From an uncultured Bacilli bacterium (GTDB lineage Bacteria; Bacillota_I; Bacilli_A; RF39; UBA660), in assembly GCA_944359025.1 (NCBI GenBank), contig CALVSM010000001.1:1-48433 (forward strand): a stretch of DNA of 48,433 nucleotides, written 5' to 3'. The notes under the pieces were generated by a model that had not been told where the DNA came from, did not search any database, and worked only from the letters and a program-made list of their open reading frames with translations. This document shows, piece by piece, positions 1 through 10,100 of this stretch. Positions within the stretch are counted from its first letter, which is position 1. Every line of letters begins with the position of its first letter. The translations under genes were made by a program, and so were the position numbers.

Positions 1-105
1 CGCGAACCGTACGTACGGTGGTGTGAGAGGGGCAAAATAATTTATTTATTTTCCTCTACTCGATTTGTTTATAAGGCCTTAAGTTCTTTTTAATTCTTAG
101 ATAAA

Positions 106-333
106 GTGTTTTCAAAGTGCAATTATGTAATTTCAAAGTGCAAAAATTGCACTTTGGAAGAACAAGCGATTATAAATATTATTAAAAGTAATCCGATGAT
201 TAAACAAGAAGAAATTGCTAATGTGATTAACAGGTCACTAAGAACAGTTAAAACAAGAATGAATGAAATGCAAGAAAAAGGACTTATTGCTAGAAAAAAC
301 GGAAAACGAAACGGAGAATGGGTAATTTTATAA
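106..333 (+). CDS. Small winged-helix DNA-binding protein. It resembles the C-terminal wHTH module of larger AlbA_2/ATPase-type regulators, so it may be a gene remnant.
   Basis: The ORF-track protein ends in ...EEQAIINIIKSNPMIKQEEIANVINRSLRTVKTRMNEMQEKGLIARKNGKRNGEWVIL, a typical wHTH tail. The start is GTG with no RBS, and the first about 20 codons overlap direct and inverted repeats. The same frame upstream is closed by TAA at 91..93. Confidence 0.4.
   Translation: MFSKCNYVISKCKNCTLEEQAIINIIKSNPMIKQEEIANVINRSLRTVKTRMNEMQEKGLIARKNGKRNGEWVIL
110..156. repeat. Direct repeat TTTCAAAGTGCAA (110..122 and 131..143) plus a perfect 10-bp inverted repeat CAAAGTGCAA-AAA-TTGCACTTTG (134..156). Operator-like or hairpin element.
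   Basis: Read directly from the sequence. There are three copies of the CAAAGTGCAA half-site, two direct copies 21 nt apart and one inverted. Confidence 0.5.
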
Positions 334-495
334 AGATAATTTAGAATGGTAAAATTAATATCATTGCGACTACTGATGAGTTTAAATTTAATATATTATT
401 TAAATTTATATTTTTATTATGATTTAAAAATTAATTTGATAACTTATAAAAAGATTATAGAAAAATTATATAATATAAAACAAAGTGAAACATGG

Positions 496-547
496 CTACT
501 TATATTATGAAAAGTTAAATACCTTTCATATATAAGTAGTTTTTTTT
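496..547 (+). terminator. Rho-independent terminator
   Basis: Stem CTACTTATAT(T)ATGAAA / TTTCATATATAAGTAG with an 11-nt loop, followed by a run of 8 T. Confidence 0.6.
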
Positions 548-595
548 AAATATTTTATGATATAATTTTGTTGAAAAATAAAATGGTGATTAACG

Positions 596-940
596 ATGTT
601 AGAAACTATGTTATTAAAGTTAAATAAATCAAAATTTAGAAGTAGTTTTAAATTAAAAGAAAAAGAAAAATTATATATTAAAGAAAAGGGAATGGAAAAA
701 ATAAAAGAACATGCTTATGATTTTATCACTAAAAGATTAGCTAATTATCCTACTGTAAACGATGGTAAACAAACACCAATGAAGGGACATCCCGTTTTTA
801 TAGCCGAGCATGCGACAGCTACTTGTTGTCGTAAATGTTTATCTAAATGGCATAAAATTCCTCCTAATCGAAATTTAACTAAAGAGGAAATTGATTATAT
901 AGTAAATTTAATTATGTTATGGATAGAAAAAAATAGATAA
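596..940 (+). CDS. DUF4186 domain protein
   Basis: KFRSSFKL...NDGKQTPMKGHPVFIAEHATATCCRKCLSKWHKIP matches the conserved DUF4186 core as I remember it. RBS GGTGA lies 6 nt upstream of the ATG. Confidence 0.7.
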   Translation: MLETMLLKLNKSKFRSSFKLKEKEKLYIKEKGMEKIKEHAYDFITKRLANYPTVNDGKQTPMKGHPVFIAEHATATCCRKCLSKWHKIPPNRNLTKEEIDYIVNLIMLWIEKNR

Positions 941-985
941 TTGAAATAGTAATTATAATATTATATAATAATTATGAGGTGTAGT

Positions 986-1777
986 ATGAATAAAAAAATA
1001 AAAGAATTAATTAAAGGTAGTGATAAAAAAACATTAGCTGTTTATTTTATTTTAAGATTTTTAGTTATAATGATAATGATTGTTCAAATATTTCATCATA
1101 ATTGGCAAGATGTTTTCTTATGTTTTTTAACTTTAATTTTATTTATTATTCCGTTTGTTATCGATCGAAAATTAAAAATAGATTTACCCACACCTTTAGA
1201 AATAATTATTTTACTTTTTATATTTTCGGCTGAAATATTAGGCGAAATTCAAAACTTTTATGGCCAAATTCCATATTGGGATACAATGTTACACACCATT
1301 AATGGCTTTTTATGTGGAGCTATTGGTTTTTCGATGATCGATATATTAAATAGAAATGAAAAATTACATATTACTTTAACGCCTATTTTTGTTGCTTTTG
1401 TTGGTTTTTGTTTTTCAATGACGATTGGGGTTTTATGGGAATTTTTCGAGTTTAGTGGCGATTACTTATTAAATATGGATATGCAAAAAGATCGAATTGT
1501 CGATAGTGTTTCTTCAGTTTATTTAAATGAAGAAGGAAAAAATGTACCAGTTATTATTGAAAATATTGATCATACGACAATTTATTATAAGGATAATAAT
1601 GATATGCTAGAAATTACTATCGACGGATATTTGGATATTGGTATTATCGATACAATGAAAGATTTACTAGTTAATTTTATTGGCGCTATTGTTTTTTCTT
1701 TCATTGGATATTGGTATATTAAAAATCGTGATAAATATAAATTGGCTGGTAATTTTATTCCTAAATTAAAAAAATAA
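986..1777 (+). CDS. Polytopic integral membrane protein of unknown function
   Basis: Multiple hydrophobic segments. The start was moved to ATG 986, preceded by GAGGTG. The ORF-track start at 974 lies inside that RBS. Confidence 0.6.
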   Translation: MNKKIKELIKGSDKKTLAVYFILRFLVIMIMIVQIFHHNWQDVFLCFLTLILFIIPFVIDRKLKIDLPTPLEIIILLFIFSAEILGEIQNFYGQIPYWDTMLHTINGFLCGAIGFSMIDILNRNEKLHITLTPIFVAFVGFCFSMTIGVLWEFFEFSGDYLLNMDMQKDRIVDSVSSVYLNEEGKNVPVIIENIDHTTIYYKDNNDMLEITIDGYLDIGIIDTMKDLLVNFIGAIVFSFIGYWYIKNRDKYKLAGNFIPKLKK

Positions 1778-1800
1778 CAATTTAATGTTATACTTTAATA

Positions 1801-1809
1801 TGATATAAT
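1801..1809 (+). promoter_or_regulatory. Extended -10 element (TGaTATAAT) upstream of the vbhA-like/fic pair
   Basis: TGATATAAT at 1801..1809, about 20 nt upstream of the 1829 start. The -35 is weak (TTTAAT). Confidence 0.35.
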
Positions 1810-1828
1810 AAAGGTAGTTGGTGGTTTT

Positions 1829-1990
1829 ATGAAAGAAAAAGAACAAGCGGTTAAACAGGCAATCGCTAGTATGAGTTTAGATGGGATTTTAGTTAGTAGC
1901 GAGTGTGTTGATAAAGTGTTGAAAAAGCAACAAACTAAGGTAAAAGTATTAAATTTAAAGGATAAAACTTATGAAAAAAGATTACGATAA
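1829..1990 (+). CDS. VbhA-like Fic antitoxin (53 aa, not in the ORF track)
   Basis: Translation: MKEKEQAVKQAIASMSLDGILVSSECVDKVLKKQQTKVKVLNLKDKTYEKRLR. The AV..AIAS..L(D/E)G segment matches the VbhA inhibitory-helix motif (S/T)xxxE(G/N), but with D. A GGTGG RBS lies upstream. The ORF overlaps the fic start by 20 nt. Confidence 0.65.
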   Translation: MKEKEQAVKQAIASMSLDGILVSSECVDKVLKKQQTKVKVLNLKDKTYEKRLR

Positions 1991-2591
1991 ATTATGGGAT
2001 GATTATTTTATTGAAGGAACTAATGTTTTTAAAAATAAACTAGGAATAACTGATTATGAAGAGTTAAGAGAAAAAGAAGTAGAAATTACTTTTGAAAAAT
2101 TAGTTGAATTATATAAAGAGCCTATTAAAGGTAATTTCGATAAAGAGCACTTGTGTAAAATTCATGAATATATTTTTGGTGATATTTATCCTTTTGCTGG
2201 TAAGTATCGTACCGTATACATGCAAAAAAATCATTCATATTTTACTGGCGAAGATGATATCGACTTTCATTTGAAAGAAGTATTAAAAGAGATGAATAAT
2301 GAGATTCTTTCTTGTCAAACTTTTAATGATTATACTATTTTTTTAGCCCAATATTATTATGATTTATTAGTTGTCCATCCTTTTAGAGAAGGTAATGGCA
2401 GAACAATTAGAGAATTTATTAGGGAATTTGTTTTAGAAAAAATTCCGAATTATACTTTAGATTGGTCGTTGATGAATAAAGAAAATTTAGACCAAGGAAT
2501 CAGTTATGGTTTTTTTACTAAAACTTTAATTATCAATGAGTTTGCTAGAGCTTTAGTACCAAGTGAACAAAATAGTATAAAAATGAGGTGA
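1971..2591 (+). CDS. fic: Fic-family protein adenylyltransferase (class I, toxin of a FicTA pair)
   Basis: Canonical Fic motif HPFREGNGRTIRE. I found no internal (S/T)xxxE(G/N) inhibitory motif. An upstream antitoxin-like ORF is present. Confidence 0.85.
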   Translation: MKKDYDKLWDDYFIEGTNVFKNKLGITDYEELREKEVEITFEKLVELYKEPIKGNFDKEHLCKIHEYIFGDIYPFAGKYRTVYMQKNHSYFTGEDDIDFHLKEVLKEMNNEILSCQTFNDYTIFLAQYYYDLLVVHPFREGNGRTIREFIREFVLEKIPNYTLDWSLMNKENLDQGISYGFFTKTLIINEFARALVPSEQNSIKMR

Positions 2592-2594
2592 GTT

Positions 2595-2984
2595 ATGTTT
2601 AAAAAAAGATTTAAAAAAAGTAAACCGTCATTAATTAAAAGCTTTTATTATGCTTTTCAAGGAATTAAAGTAAATATTTTAACGGAAAGAAATTTAGCTA
2701 TTCATTTTTTAGCAATGTTATTAGTGATTGTTTGCGGTTTTATTTTTAAAATTAGTGTAACTGAATGGTTAATATGTATTTTATTATTTGGCTTTGTTAT
2801 TACTTTAGAACTTATGAATACAGCTATTGAAACTGCTATTGATATTTGTATGCCAGAGATTAATCCAAAAGCAAAATTAGCTAAAGATACTTCAGCTGGT
2901 GCTGTATTAGTAGTAGCAATTGTTGCTGTTGTTATAGGAATAATAATATTTGGTCCTAAAGTATTAGATTTAATAATTAAATAA
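2595..2984 (+). CDS. dgkA: DgkA-family diacylglycerol/undecaprenol kinase
   Basis: Small 3-TM protein with FQGIK...ERN, ELMNTAIETAID and KDTSAGAVL motifs. RBS GAGGTG. Confidence 0.85.
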   Translation: MFKKRFKKSKPSLIKSFYYAFQGIKVNILTERNLAIHFLAMLLVIVCGFIFKISVTEWLICILLFGFVITLELMNTAIETAIDICMPEINPKAKLAKDTSAGAVLVVAIVAVVIGIIIFGPKVLDLIIK

Positions 2985-2995
2985 GGAGGAATTTT

Positions 2996-4348
2996 ATGAT
3001 TAATCAAACTATTTTTAGAGCTTATGATATTAGAGGTATTTATGAAGAACAAATAACTGATGAAACAGCTTATATTTTAGGTAAAAGTTTTGGTAGTTAT
3101 GTTAAATTAAGAGGCAAAACGGAAGTTTTAGTAGGTTATGACAATAGATTATCTTCACCTGTTTTAGCGGATAATTTAATTAAAGGTTTATTAGAAACTG
3201 GCGTTAATGTAACTAGTTTAGGTTTAGTTACAACGCCAATGTATTATTTTGCAAGACAACATTTAAATAAATGGGCAGCTATTATGATTACTGCTTCACA
3301 TAACCCTAGCAATCATAATGGTTTTAAAATATCATTTGATGAAAGAGGTAATGCTGCTGGCGAAGAAATAATCGAGTTTAGAGATTTTACTAATAAAGGA
3401 GAATTTTTAACAGGTTTAGGAAATTTAACTACTTATGATATTAAGGATGAATATATTAATTTAATTGTTAATAGTTTAAAAATTAATAAAAATATTAAAG
3501 CAGTATTTGACTGTGGTAATGGAACGGTTTCTATTATTATTAAAGAAATATTAGATAAATTAAATATCACTTATGATTTATTATATTGTGATAGTGACCC
3601 TACTTTTCCAAACCATCATCCTGATCCATCTGTAAGTGAAAACTTGGTAGATATTCAAAAAAGAGTAGTTGAACTAGGATATGATATTGGTATTGCTTTA
3701 GATGCTGATGGTGATCGTGTTAGAGTTATCGATGAAAAAGGTAATGTTATTAATTCTGATGTATTTATGATTGTTATGTATCGTTATTTAAATAATAATT
3801 TAAAAGTACGTAAAGCTTTATATGATGTTAAGTGTTCTAAAGCATTAGTTGATGAATTAGAAAAATTAGGTTTAGATCAAATTATGTATCGAACAGGTAA
3901 TTCTTATATGTATCGCAAAATGCATGAAGAAAATTTAGAATTTGGTGGGGAATATTCTGGTCATATGTGGTTTGGCGATAGATTTTATAGTTTCGATGAC
4001 GGCTTATATGCGGGACTTAGAATGATCGAAGTATTATCTAATACTGATAAAAAAATGTCAGATTTAGATAGCGATATAAACATTTACTATTCAACCGATG
4101 AATTAAAAATAAATACAACGGAAGAAAATAAATATAAAATAGTTGAAGAAGTAAAAAAATACGCTATTGCTAAAAATTATAAATATAACGATATTGATGG
4201 AATTAGAGTAGAATTTAATGATGGTTGGGCTTTAGTTAGATATTCAAATACTGGTCCTGTTATAAGTGCAAGATTTGAAGCTAATAGTAATGAAAGATTA
4301 AAAGAAATTAATGATGAATTTATGTCTTTAATTAATAAAATGATATAA
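2996..4348 (+). CDS. Phosphohexomutase (phosphomannomutase/phosphoglucomutase type)
   Basis: Active-site loop TASHNPSNHNGFK, metal loop DADGDR and sugar loop GEYSGH. RBS AAGGAGG. Confidence 0.85.
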   Translation: MINQTIFRAYDIRGIYEEQITDETAYILGKSFGSYVKLRGKTEVLVGYDNRLSSPVLADNLIKGLLETGVNVTSLGLVTTPMYYFARQHLNKWAAIMITASHNPSNHNGFKISFDERGNAAGEEIIEFRDFTNKGEFLTGLGNLTTYDIKDEYINLIVNSLKINKNIKAVFDCGNGTVSIIIKEILDKLNITYDLLYCDSDPTFPNHHPDPSVSENLVDIQKRVVELGYDIGIALDADGDRVRVIDEKGNVINSDVFMIVMYRYLNNNLKVRKALYDVKCSKALVDELEKLGLDQIMYRTGNSYMYRKMHEENLEFGGEYSGHMWFGDRFYSFDDGLYAGLRMIEVLSNTDKKMSDLDSDINIYYSTDELKINTTEENKYKIVEEVKKYAIAKNYKYNDIDGIRVEFNDGWALVRYSNTGPVISARFEANSNERLKEINDEFMSLINKMI

Positions 4349-4377
4349 CTTATTCACTTCTGAATAAGTTTTTATTT
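4348..4377 (+). terminator. Rho-independent terminator
   Basis: ACTTATTCA-CTTC-TGAATAAGT followed by TTTTATTT. Confidence 0.7.
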
Positions 4378-4429
4378 GCTTAAAAACACATTATATAGTA
4401 TAATCATATAATGAGAAATGGGTGAAATT

Positions 4430-5485
4430 ATGATTGAAAGGTTAAATGCAATCGAAGAAAGATATAATGAAATAAATAATGAATTAATGAATCCGGAAAT
4501 CGTTTCTGATATAAAAAAAACTACAGAATTATCTAAAGAGCAAGCTAGTTTACAAGAGGCCTATGATGCATATCAAGAATATAAAAAACTAAGTTCTGAT
4601 ATTGAAGAAGCTAAAGAATTGGTCAAAGATCCGGAATTAGGTGAATTTGCTAAAGAAGAATTAGAAACAAATCAATTAAAATTAGAACAATTAACTAAAG
4701 ATATCGAAATATTATTACTACCTAAAGATCCTAATGATGGTAAAGATGTAATGGTTGAAATAAGAGGAGCAGCAGGTGGGGATGAAGGAAATATTTTTGC
4801 CGGTGACTTATTCGATATGTATAAAAAATTAGCTGAAAGAAATGGTTGGAAAATTGAGATAGTCGAAGAAGAAAAATCTGAATCTGGGGGATATACATTA
4901 ATCAGTTTTATTGTAAGAGGAGAAAATGTTTATTCTAAATTGAAATATGAATCAGGTGCTCATCGTGTTCAAAGAGTACCAGTTACGGAAACACAAGGTA
5001 GAGTACATACTTCAACAGCAACTGTATTAGTAATGCCAGAAGCAGAAGAATTAGATTGTGATTTAGATATGAACGATGTTAGAATCGATATTACAAGAAG
5101 TAGTGGATGTGGTGGTCAAGGTGTTAATACAACTGATTCAGCAGTAAGACTTACGCATATTCCTACTGGTATTGTTGTTTATTCTCAAACCGAAAGAAGT
5201 CAAATCAAAAATAAAGAAAAAGCAATTAAAATATTACAAACTCGTCTATATGATTTAAAGATGCAAGAACGAGAAAAAGAATTGGGTGAAGAAAGAAGAA
5301 GTAAAATTGGTACAGGTGATAGATCAGAAAAAATAAGAACATATAATTATCCACAAAATAGAGTAACTGATCATCGAATTGGTTTTACTTTAAATACTTT
5401 AGACCGTGTTATGCAAGGTGATATTGATAAAGTAATCGATGCTTTAATTACTGAAGATCAAAATAGAAAATTAAGAGGAGAATAA
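4430..5485 (+). CDS. prfA: Peptide chain release factor 1
   Basis: PVT tripeptide (PVTETQGR) and GGQ motif ([15 protein letters not shown]). The N-terminus [12 protein letters not shown] aligns with RF1 starts, so ATG 4430 is preferred over 4418. Confidence 0.9.
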   Translation: MIERLNAIEERYNEINNELMNPEIVSDIKKTTELSKEQASLQEAYDAYQEYKKLSSDIEEAKELVKDPELGEFAKEELETNQLKLEQLTKDIEILLLPKDPNDGKDVMVEIRGAAGGDEGNIFAGDLFDMYKKLAERNGWKIEIVEEEKSESGGYTLISFIVRGENVYSKLKYESGAHRVQRVPVTETQGRVHTSTATVLVMPEAEELDCDLDMNDVRIDITRSSGCGGQGVNTTDSAVRLTHIPTGIVVYSQTERSQIKNKEKAIKILQTRLYDLKMQEREKELGEERRSKIGTGDRSEKIRTYNYPQNRVTDHRIGFTLNTLDRVMQGDIDKVIDALITEDQNRKLRGE

Positions 5486-5486
5486 T

Positions 5487-6194
5487 TTGACTGAATTAGA
5501 TTATTTAAAAAAATATTTACCAAAAGAAAAATTAGAAGAAGGAATCCATAAATATCAATTAGGGATTCCTGTTCAGTATATTGTGGGAAATGTTGACTTT
5601 TATGGTAATATTATTGAAGTCAATGAAAATGTTTTAATTCCTCGGTTTGAAACTGAAGAATTAGTAGATCGTGTAATTAAAAGATTAAAAGATAAAATTA
5701 ATTTAGATATTGTCGATTTAGGAACTGGTAGTGGCTGTATAAGTATTGCTTTAGCTAAAAATTTAAATTGTGTGATTGATGCTGTGGATATTTCTAATGC
5801 TGCTTTAGAAGTAGCTAAAAAAAATGCTATTAATAATAATGTTGATATTAATTTTTATTTAGGAGATATGTTAGAACCATTAAATAAAAAATATGATTTA
5901 ATAATAAGTAATCCACCTTATATCGCTTATGATGAAGAAATAATGAATATTGTTAAATATAATGAACCAAGTATTGCTTTATATGCGGATAATGGTGGTT
6001 TATATTATTATGAGCAAATATTAAAAAAATGTGCGAAATATCTTAAAAAAAACAGTTTAATAGCTTTTGAAATCGGTTATAAACAAGCTGAAGCAATTAA
6101 AAAAATAGCTTATAAATATTTAGATTGTGATGTCGAAATTGAACAAGATTTACAAGGTAAAGATCGATATATATTTATTAAATATTTAGGTTAA
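5487..6194 (+). CDS. prmC: Release-factor glutamine N5-methyltransferase
   Basis: SAM motif DLGTGSGCI and NPPY motif (ISNPPYI). It lies directly downstream of prfA. TTG start with an AGGAG RBS. Confidence 0.85.
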   Translation: MTELDYLKKYLPKEKLEEGIHKYQLGIPVQYIVGNVDFYGNIIEVNENVLIPRFETEELVDRVIKRLKDKINLDIVDLGTGSGCISIALAKNLNCVIDAVDISNAALEVAKKNAINNNVDINFYLGDMLEPLNKKYDLIISNPPYIAYDEEIMNIVKYNEPSIALYADNGGLYYYEQILKKCAKYLKKNSLIAFEIGYKQAEAIKKIAYKYLDCDVEIEQDLQGKDRYIFIKYLG

Positions 6195-6207
6195 ATTTGG
6201 GGGATAT

Positions 6208-7053
6208 ATGAAAAAGATATTTATCGTTAATGCTAAAGCTGGTAATGGTAAAGCTAAAGAAATAGCCAATTATTTAAAAAACTTATCTTATTCAAACATA
6301 ATTTATACTGATAATAAACAAGAAACCAATGAGGTAGCTAATTATTTTAAAAATGATGATTGTGTTATATATAGTGTTGGTGGCGATGGTACTTTAAATG
6401 ATGTAGTTAATGGACTAGCTTTAGGTAATGCTTATTTAGGAATAATTCCTTGTGGTAGTGGTAATGATTTTATACGTAATATCAATTTAGAAACTAATAG
6501 TATTAATTTGGGTAAAGTTAATGAACGTTATTTTATCAATGTCGTTTCTTTTGGTATTGATGCAAGTGTAGCCAATAAAGTTAATTTATTGAATCAAAAA
6601 AGTAAATCTAAATTTGTTTATCCTAAAGGAATCTTATTAACATTTCCTTCTTTTAAGCCAGTGGAGTTAACAGTTAATAACGATAATAAAAAAATAACTA
6701 TTTTAGCTATTTGTAATGGTAGTTATTATGGTAATGGCATTAAAATTGCCCCTGGCGCTAATATATGTGATGATAAATTTGATTTATATTTAGTAGAAAA
6801 AGTAAATAAATTAAAGATGCTTTATTTATTTTCTAAATTATTAAAAGGTAATCACGATAAATGTGCTAAAGTTCAAAAAAGTTATGTTACTAATTTGGTT
6901 ATAAATAGTCATAATTCGGTTATTTGTAATATCGATGGTGAAATAATTCAAGATAGTAATTTTAAAATATCTTTGCAAAAAGAAAAAATTAAATATTATC
7001 AAGAAGATGATATTAAGTTGAAAAAACTAATATATCCTTTTATGGGAAAATAA
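6208..7053 (+). CDS. DAGK_cat-family lipid kinase (YegS/DagK-like)
   Basis: GGDGTLN motif and a GSGNDF segment. RBS GGGGGA. Confidence 0.8.
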   Translation: MKKIFIVNAKAGNGKAKEIANYLKNLSYSNIIYTDNKQETNEVANYFKNDDCVIYSVGGDGTLNDVVNGLALGNAYLGIIPCGSGNDFIRNINLETNSINLGKVNERYFINVVSFGIDASVANKVNLLNQKSKSKFVYPKGILLTFPSFKPVELTVNNDNKKITILAICNGSYYGNGIKIAPGANICDDKFDLYLVEKVNKLKMLYLFSKLLKGNHDKCAKVQKSYVTNLVINSHNSVICNIDGEIIQDSNFKISLQKEKIKYYQEDDIKLKKLIYPFMGK

Positions 7054-7122
7054 TATTAGTTTTTTTATTTGGAACTATTTAAAAAAATGAATAAATTTGG
7101 TAAAATTATATTGGTGGTAAAA

Positions 7123-10100
7123 ATGCAAGATAAACTAAAAACTTTATTAGAACAAATTAATTTTGATAACAATTTATTTGTTTTTTTTAACGATGGAAAA
7201 TTAAATAAAATTGTTGGTAATAAAGATAAGACAAAGTATAATTTTTATATTAGTTTAATTGAAACTTTACCAATCGATGTATATACTAATTTTATGGATA
7301 ATTTAAAAAAACACTTTAGTAATTATAAAGTTAAAGTGTCTTTTACTGTGGATAAACAAAATAATGAATTAATCAAAGATTATTACCAATATTTGATTAA
7401 AAAGAATGTCGAGGAATTTCCTTTATTAGAAACATTTTTAGATAATGAAATTAACTATGAAAATAATATTTTAACTATCGAAGTAGCTAATAAAGCCGAA
7501 CAAATGAAATTAGATTCTATAGCTAATAAATTAATTGGTTTACTTGATAGTGTCGGATATGATACTGTTAATATTAATATTGTGGTTAACGAAGCTAAAA
7601 GTGAAGAAATAAGAAAAGAAATTGAACAAGCTAAAACAGTAGAAGTTAAACCAGAAAAAAAGGAAATAATCGAAATAGTAGGAAGTTATATCCCTAAAGT
7701 TACACACGAGATAAGTGGTATTTTTACTGAAGAAGATAATGTCAGTTTAGAAGCTTATGTATTTGAGGTTGATATTTTTGAATCTAGTAAAACTAATTTT
7801 AAAGTATTTACTTTAAAAATAACCGATTTTACGGATAGTATGTATGCTAAATTATTTGTTAAAGAACAAAGTGATTTTGATTTTTATAAGAAACATATAA
7901 AAAGTAATACTTGGTATAAATTTAGAGGATATACTAAATTTGATAAATATTCCAATGAAATAGTTTTAAATATAAGAGACTTAAATAAAAGCGATAAAGT
8001 AATTGAAACACCTAAAGATGAAGAAGAAGAAAAAAGAGTGGAATTACATGCTCATACAATGATGAGTCAAATGGATGGGGTTGTTGATGCTAAAACATTA
8101 GTAAAACAAGCTTATAAATGGGGACATAAAGCAATCGCTATAACTGATCATAATGGTGTTCAAGCGTATCCAGATGTTTACCACTTAGTTTGTGATTTAA
8201 ACAAAGGGAAAGAAGAAAATGAAAAGTTTAAAGCCATATATGGTGCGGAATTTACTTTAATTGATGATAGTGTTAATATTGTCGTAAGAGAAAATGATAG
8301 TATTTTATTAGATAATACTTATGTGGTATTTGATTTTGAAACTACTGGTTTTAATGCTGGTGGTGGGGATACGATTATCGAAATTGGTGCAGTTAAAATT
8401 CATAACGGGGAAATAATTGATAGATTTAACGAGTTAATTAATCCTGGAAGAAATTTACCACGTAAAATAACCGAAGTAACTAATATTACCGATGATATGT
8501 TAAAAGATAAAGATAACGAAGAAAATGCGATTAAAAGATTTATTAAATGGTTTGAAGATTTACCAATGGTAGCGCATAATGCGAAATTCGATGTATCTTT
8601 TTTAGAGATGTGTTATCAAAAATATAATTTAGGGGAATTTAAAAATATCGTTATCGATACTTTAGAATTATCAAGAGTCTTAGATAATAATTATGCTCGC
8701 CATAATTTAACGGCTTTGGTTAAACGATATGATGTTCCTTGGGATGAAGATTCCCATCACCGCGCCGATTATGACGCTGAAGGAACAGCTTTAGTATTTC
8801 ATAAAATGATGCAAAAGCTATCTAGTCAAAATATCGAAAAAGTATCACAATTAAATAAAATGATCGATAAAAGTGAAATTCATAAATATGGCCGAAGTTA
8901 TCATGTTAATATTTTAGTTAAAAATAAAACAGGTTTAAAAAACTTATTTAAAATAGTATCTTTAGCTAATACAAAATATTTATATAAAACACCTAGAATT
9001 TTAAGAAGTGTTTTAAATGAATTAAGAGATGGCTTATTAATTGGTAGTGGTTGTTATGAAAGTGAAGTATTTGTCGAAGCTAAAAGTAAATCGGATGAAG
9101 AGTTAGCCAATATCATTAATTTTTATGATTATGTTGAAGTACAACCGTTAGATGTTTATAACCATATGTTGCAAACAAATGATTTTGGTTCAATTAGTGA
9201 ACTGATGGAACACATTAGAAAAATTATTAGAGTAACAAAAGATTCCGGTAAATTAATCGTCGCTACTGGTGACGTTCATCATTTATTTAAAGAAGATAAA
9301 ATTTATCGGGAAATAATTGTTAATCAAAAAGTACCTGGTGGTGGAAGGCATCCTTTAGCTAAAAATAATATTACGGAAATACCTAGCCAACATTTTCGCA
9401 CAACTAAAGAAATGTTAGATGATTTTGATTTTTTAGATGAAGAAACTAAAAAAGAAATAGTTATAACTAACCCTAATAAAATAGCTGATATGGTTGATAT
9501 AATCGAAGTTATTATTGAAACTGGAGGTGTTCCATTTTCTCCTAAAATCGATAAATCAGTCGAGACAGTAACAGAATTAGTTTATAATAAAGCTAAAGAT
9601 TGGTATGGTGATCCATTACCTTATAATATTGAAGAAAGAATTGCTAAAGAATTATATGGCGATGGTATATTTGATAGTATTAAAGCGGAACTTAAAAGAA
9701 ACAATGTCGAAAATATAACGGAAGAATCTTTTAAAATATTACACGATACTATTTTAAAAGGTTTTGATGCGGTTAAAGATAAAATTAAAAACGAATTAAA
9801 AATTCAAGAACCAGAAATAGATGATCAAGAATTAGAAAAAAAATTAAAGAAAACATTAGGTGGTATTATCGGTGGGGGCTTTGATGTTATTTACTTAATC
9901 GCTCAAAAATTAGTTAAAAAATCTAATGATGATGGTTATTTAGTTGGCTCACGTGGTTCTGTTGGTTCAAGTTTTGTCGCTACTATGATGGGTATTACTG
10001 AAGTTAACCCCTTACCAGCCCATTATCGTTGCCCAAATTGTAAGCATAGTATTTTTGAATTAGATAGTCAACCTTTAGCTAATACTTATTCTTCCGGTTT

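Noticed and set aside
1-60. A GC-rich stretch at the window edge contains a perfect 14-bp palindrome, ACCGTACGTACGGT (6..19). It superficially recalls the GTACGGTTC half of group II intron domain V. A weak AGAGG/CCTCT hairpin follows.
   Set aside because: No GAAA tetraloop or complementary GAGCCGTAT half is present in either orientation. There is no domain VI and no T-run. The element is cut by the window edge, so it cannot be interpreted.
346-510. A 54-codon ORF (MVKLISLRLL...) in the intergenic region.
   Set aside because: It has no RBS and an Asn/Ile/Leu/Tyr-rich composition, as expected from random AT-rich DNA. Its end is embedded in a terminator stem.
2702-3052. A 116-aa minus-strand ORF antisense to dgkA.
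   Set aside because: It lies almost entirely within dgkA, a well-supported gene, with only its 5' end crossing the short gap into the start of the phosphohexomutase gene. Its low-complexity translation is a mirror image of a membrane protein.
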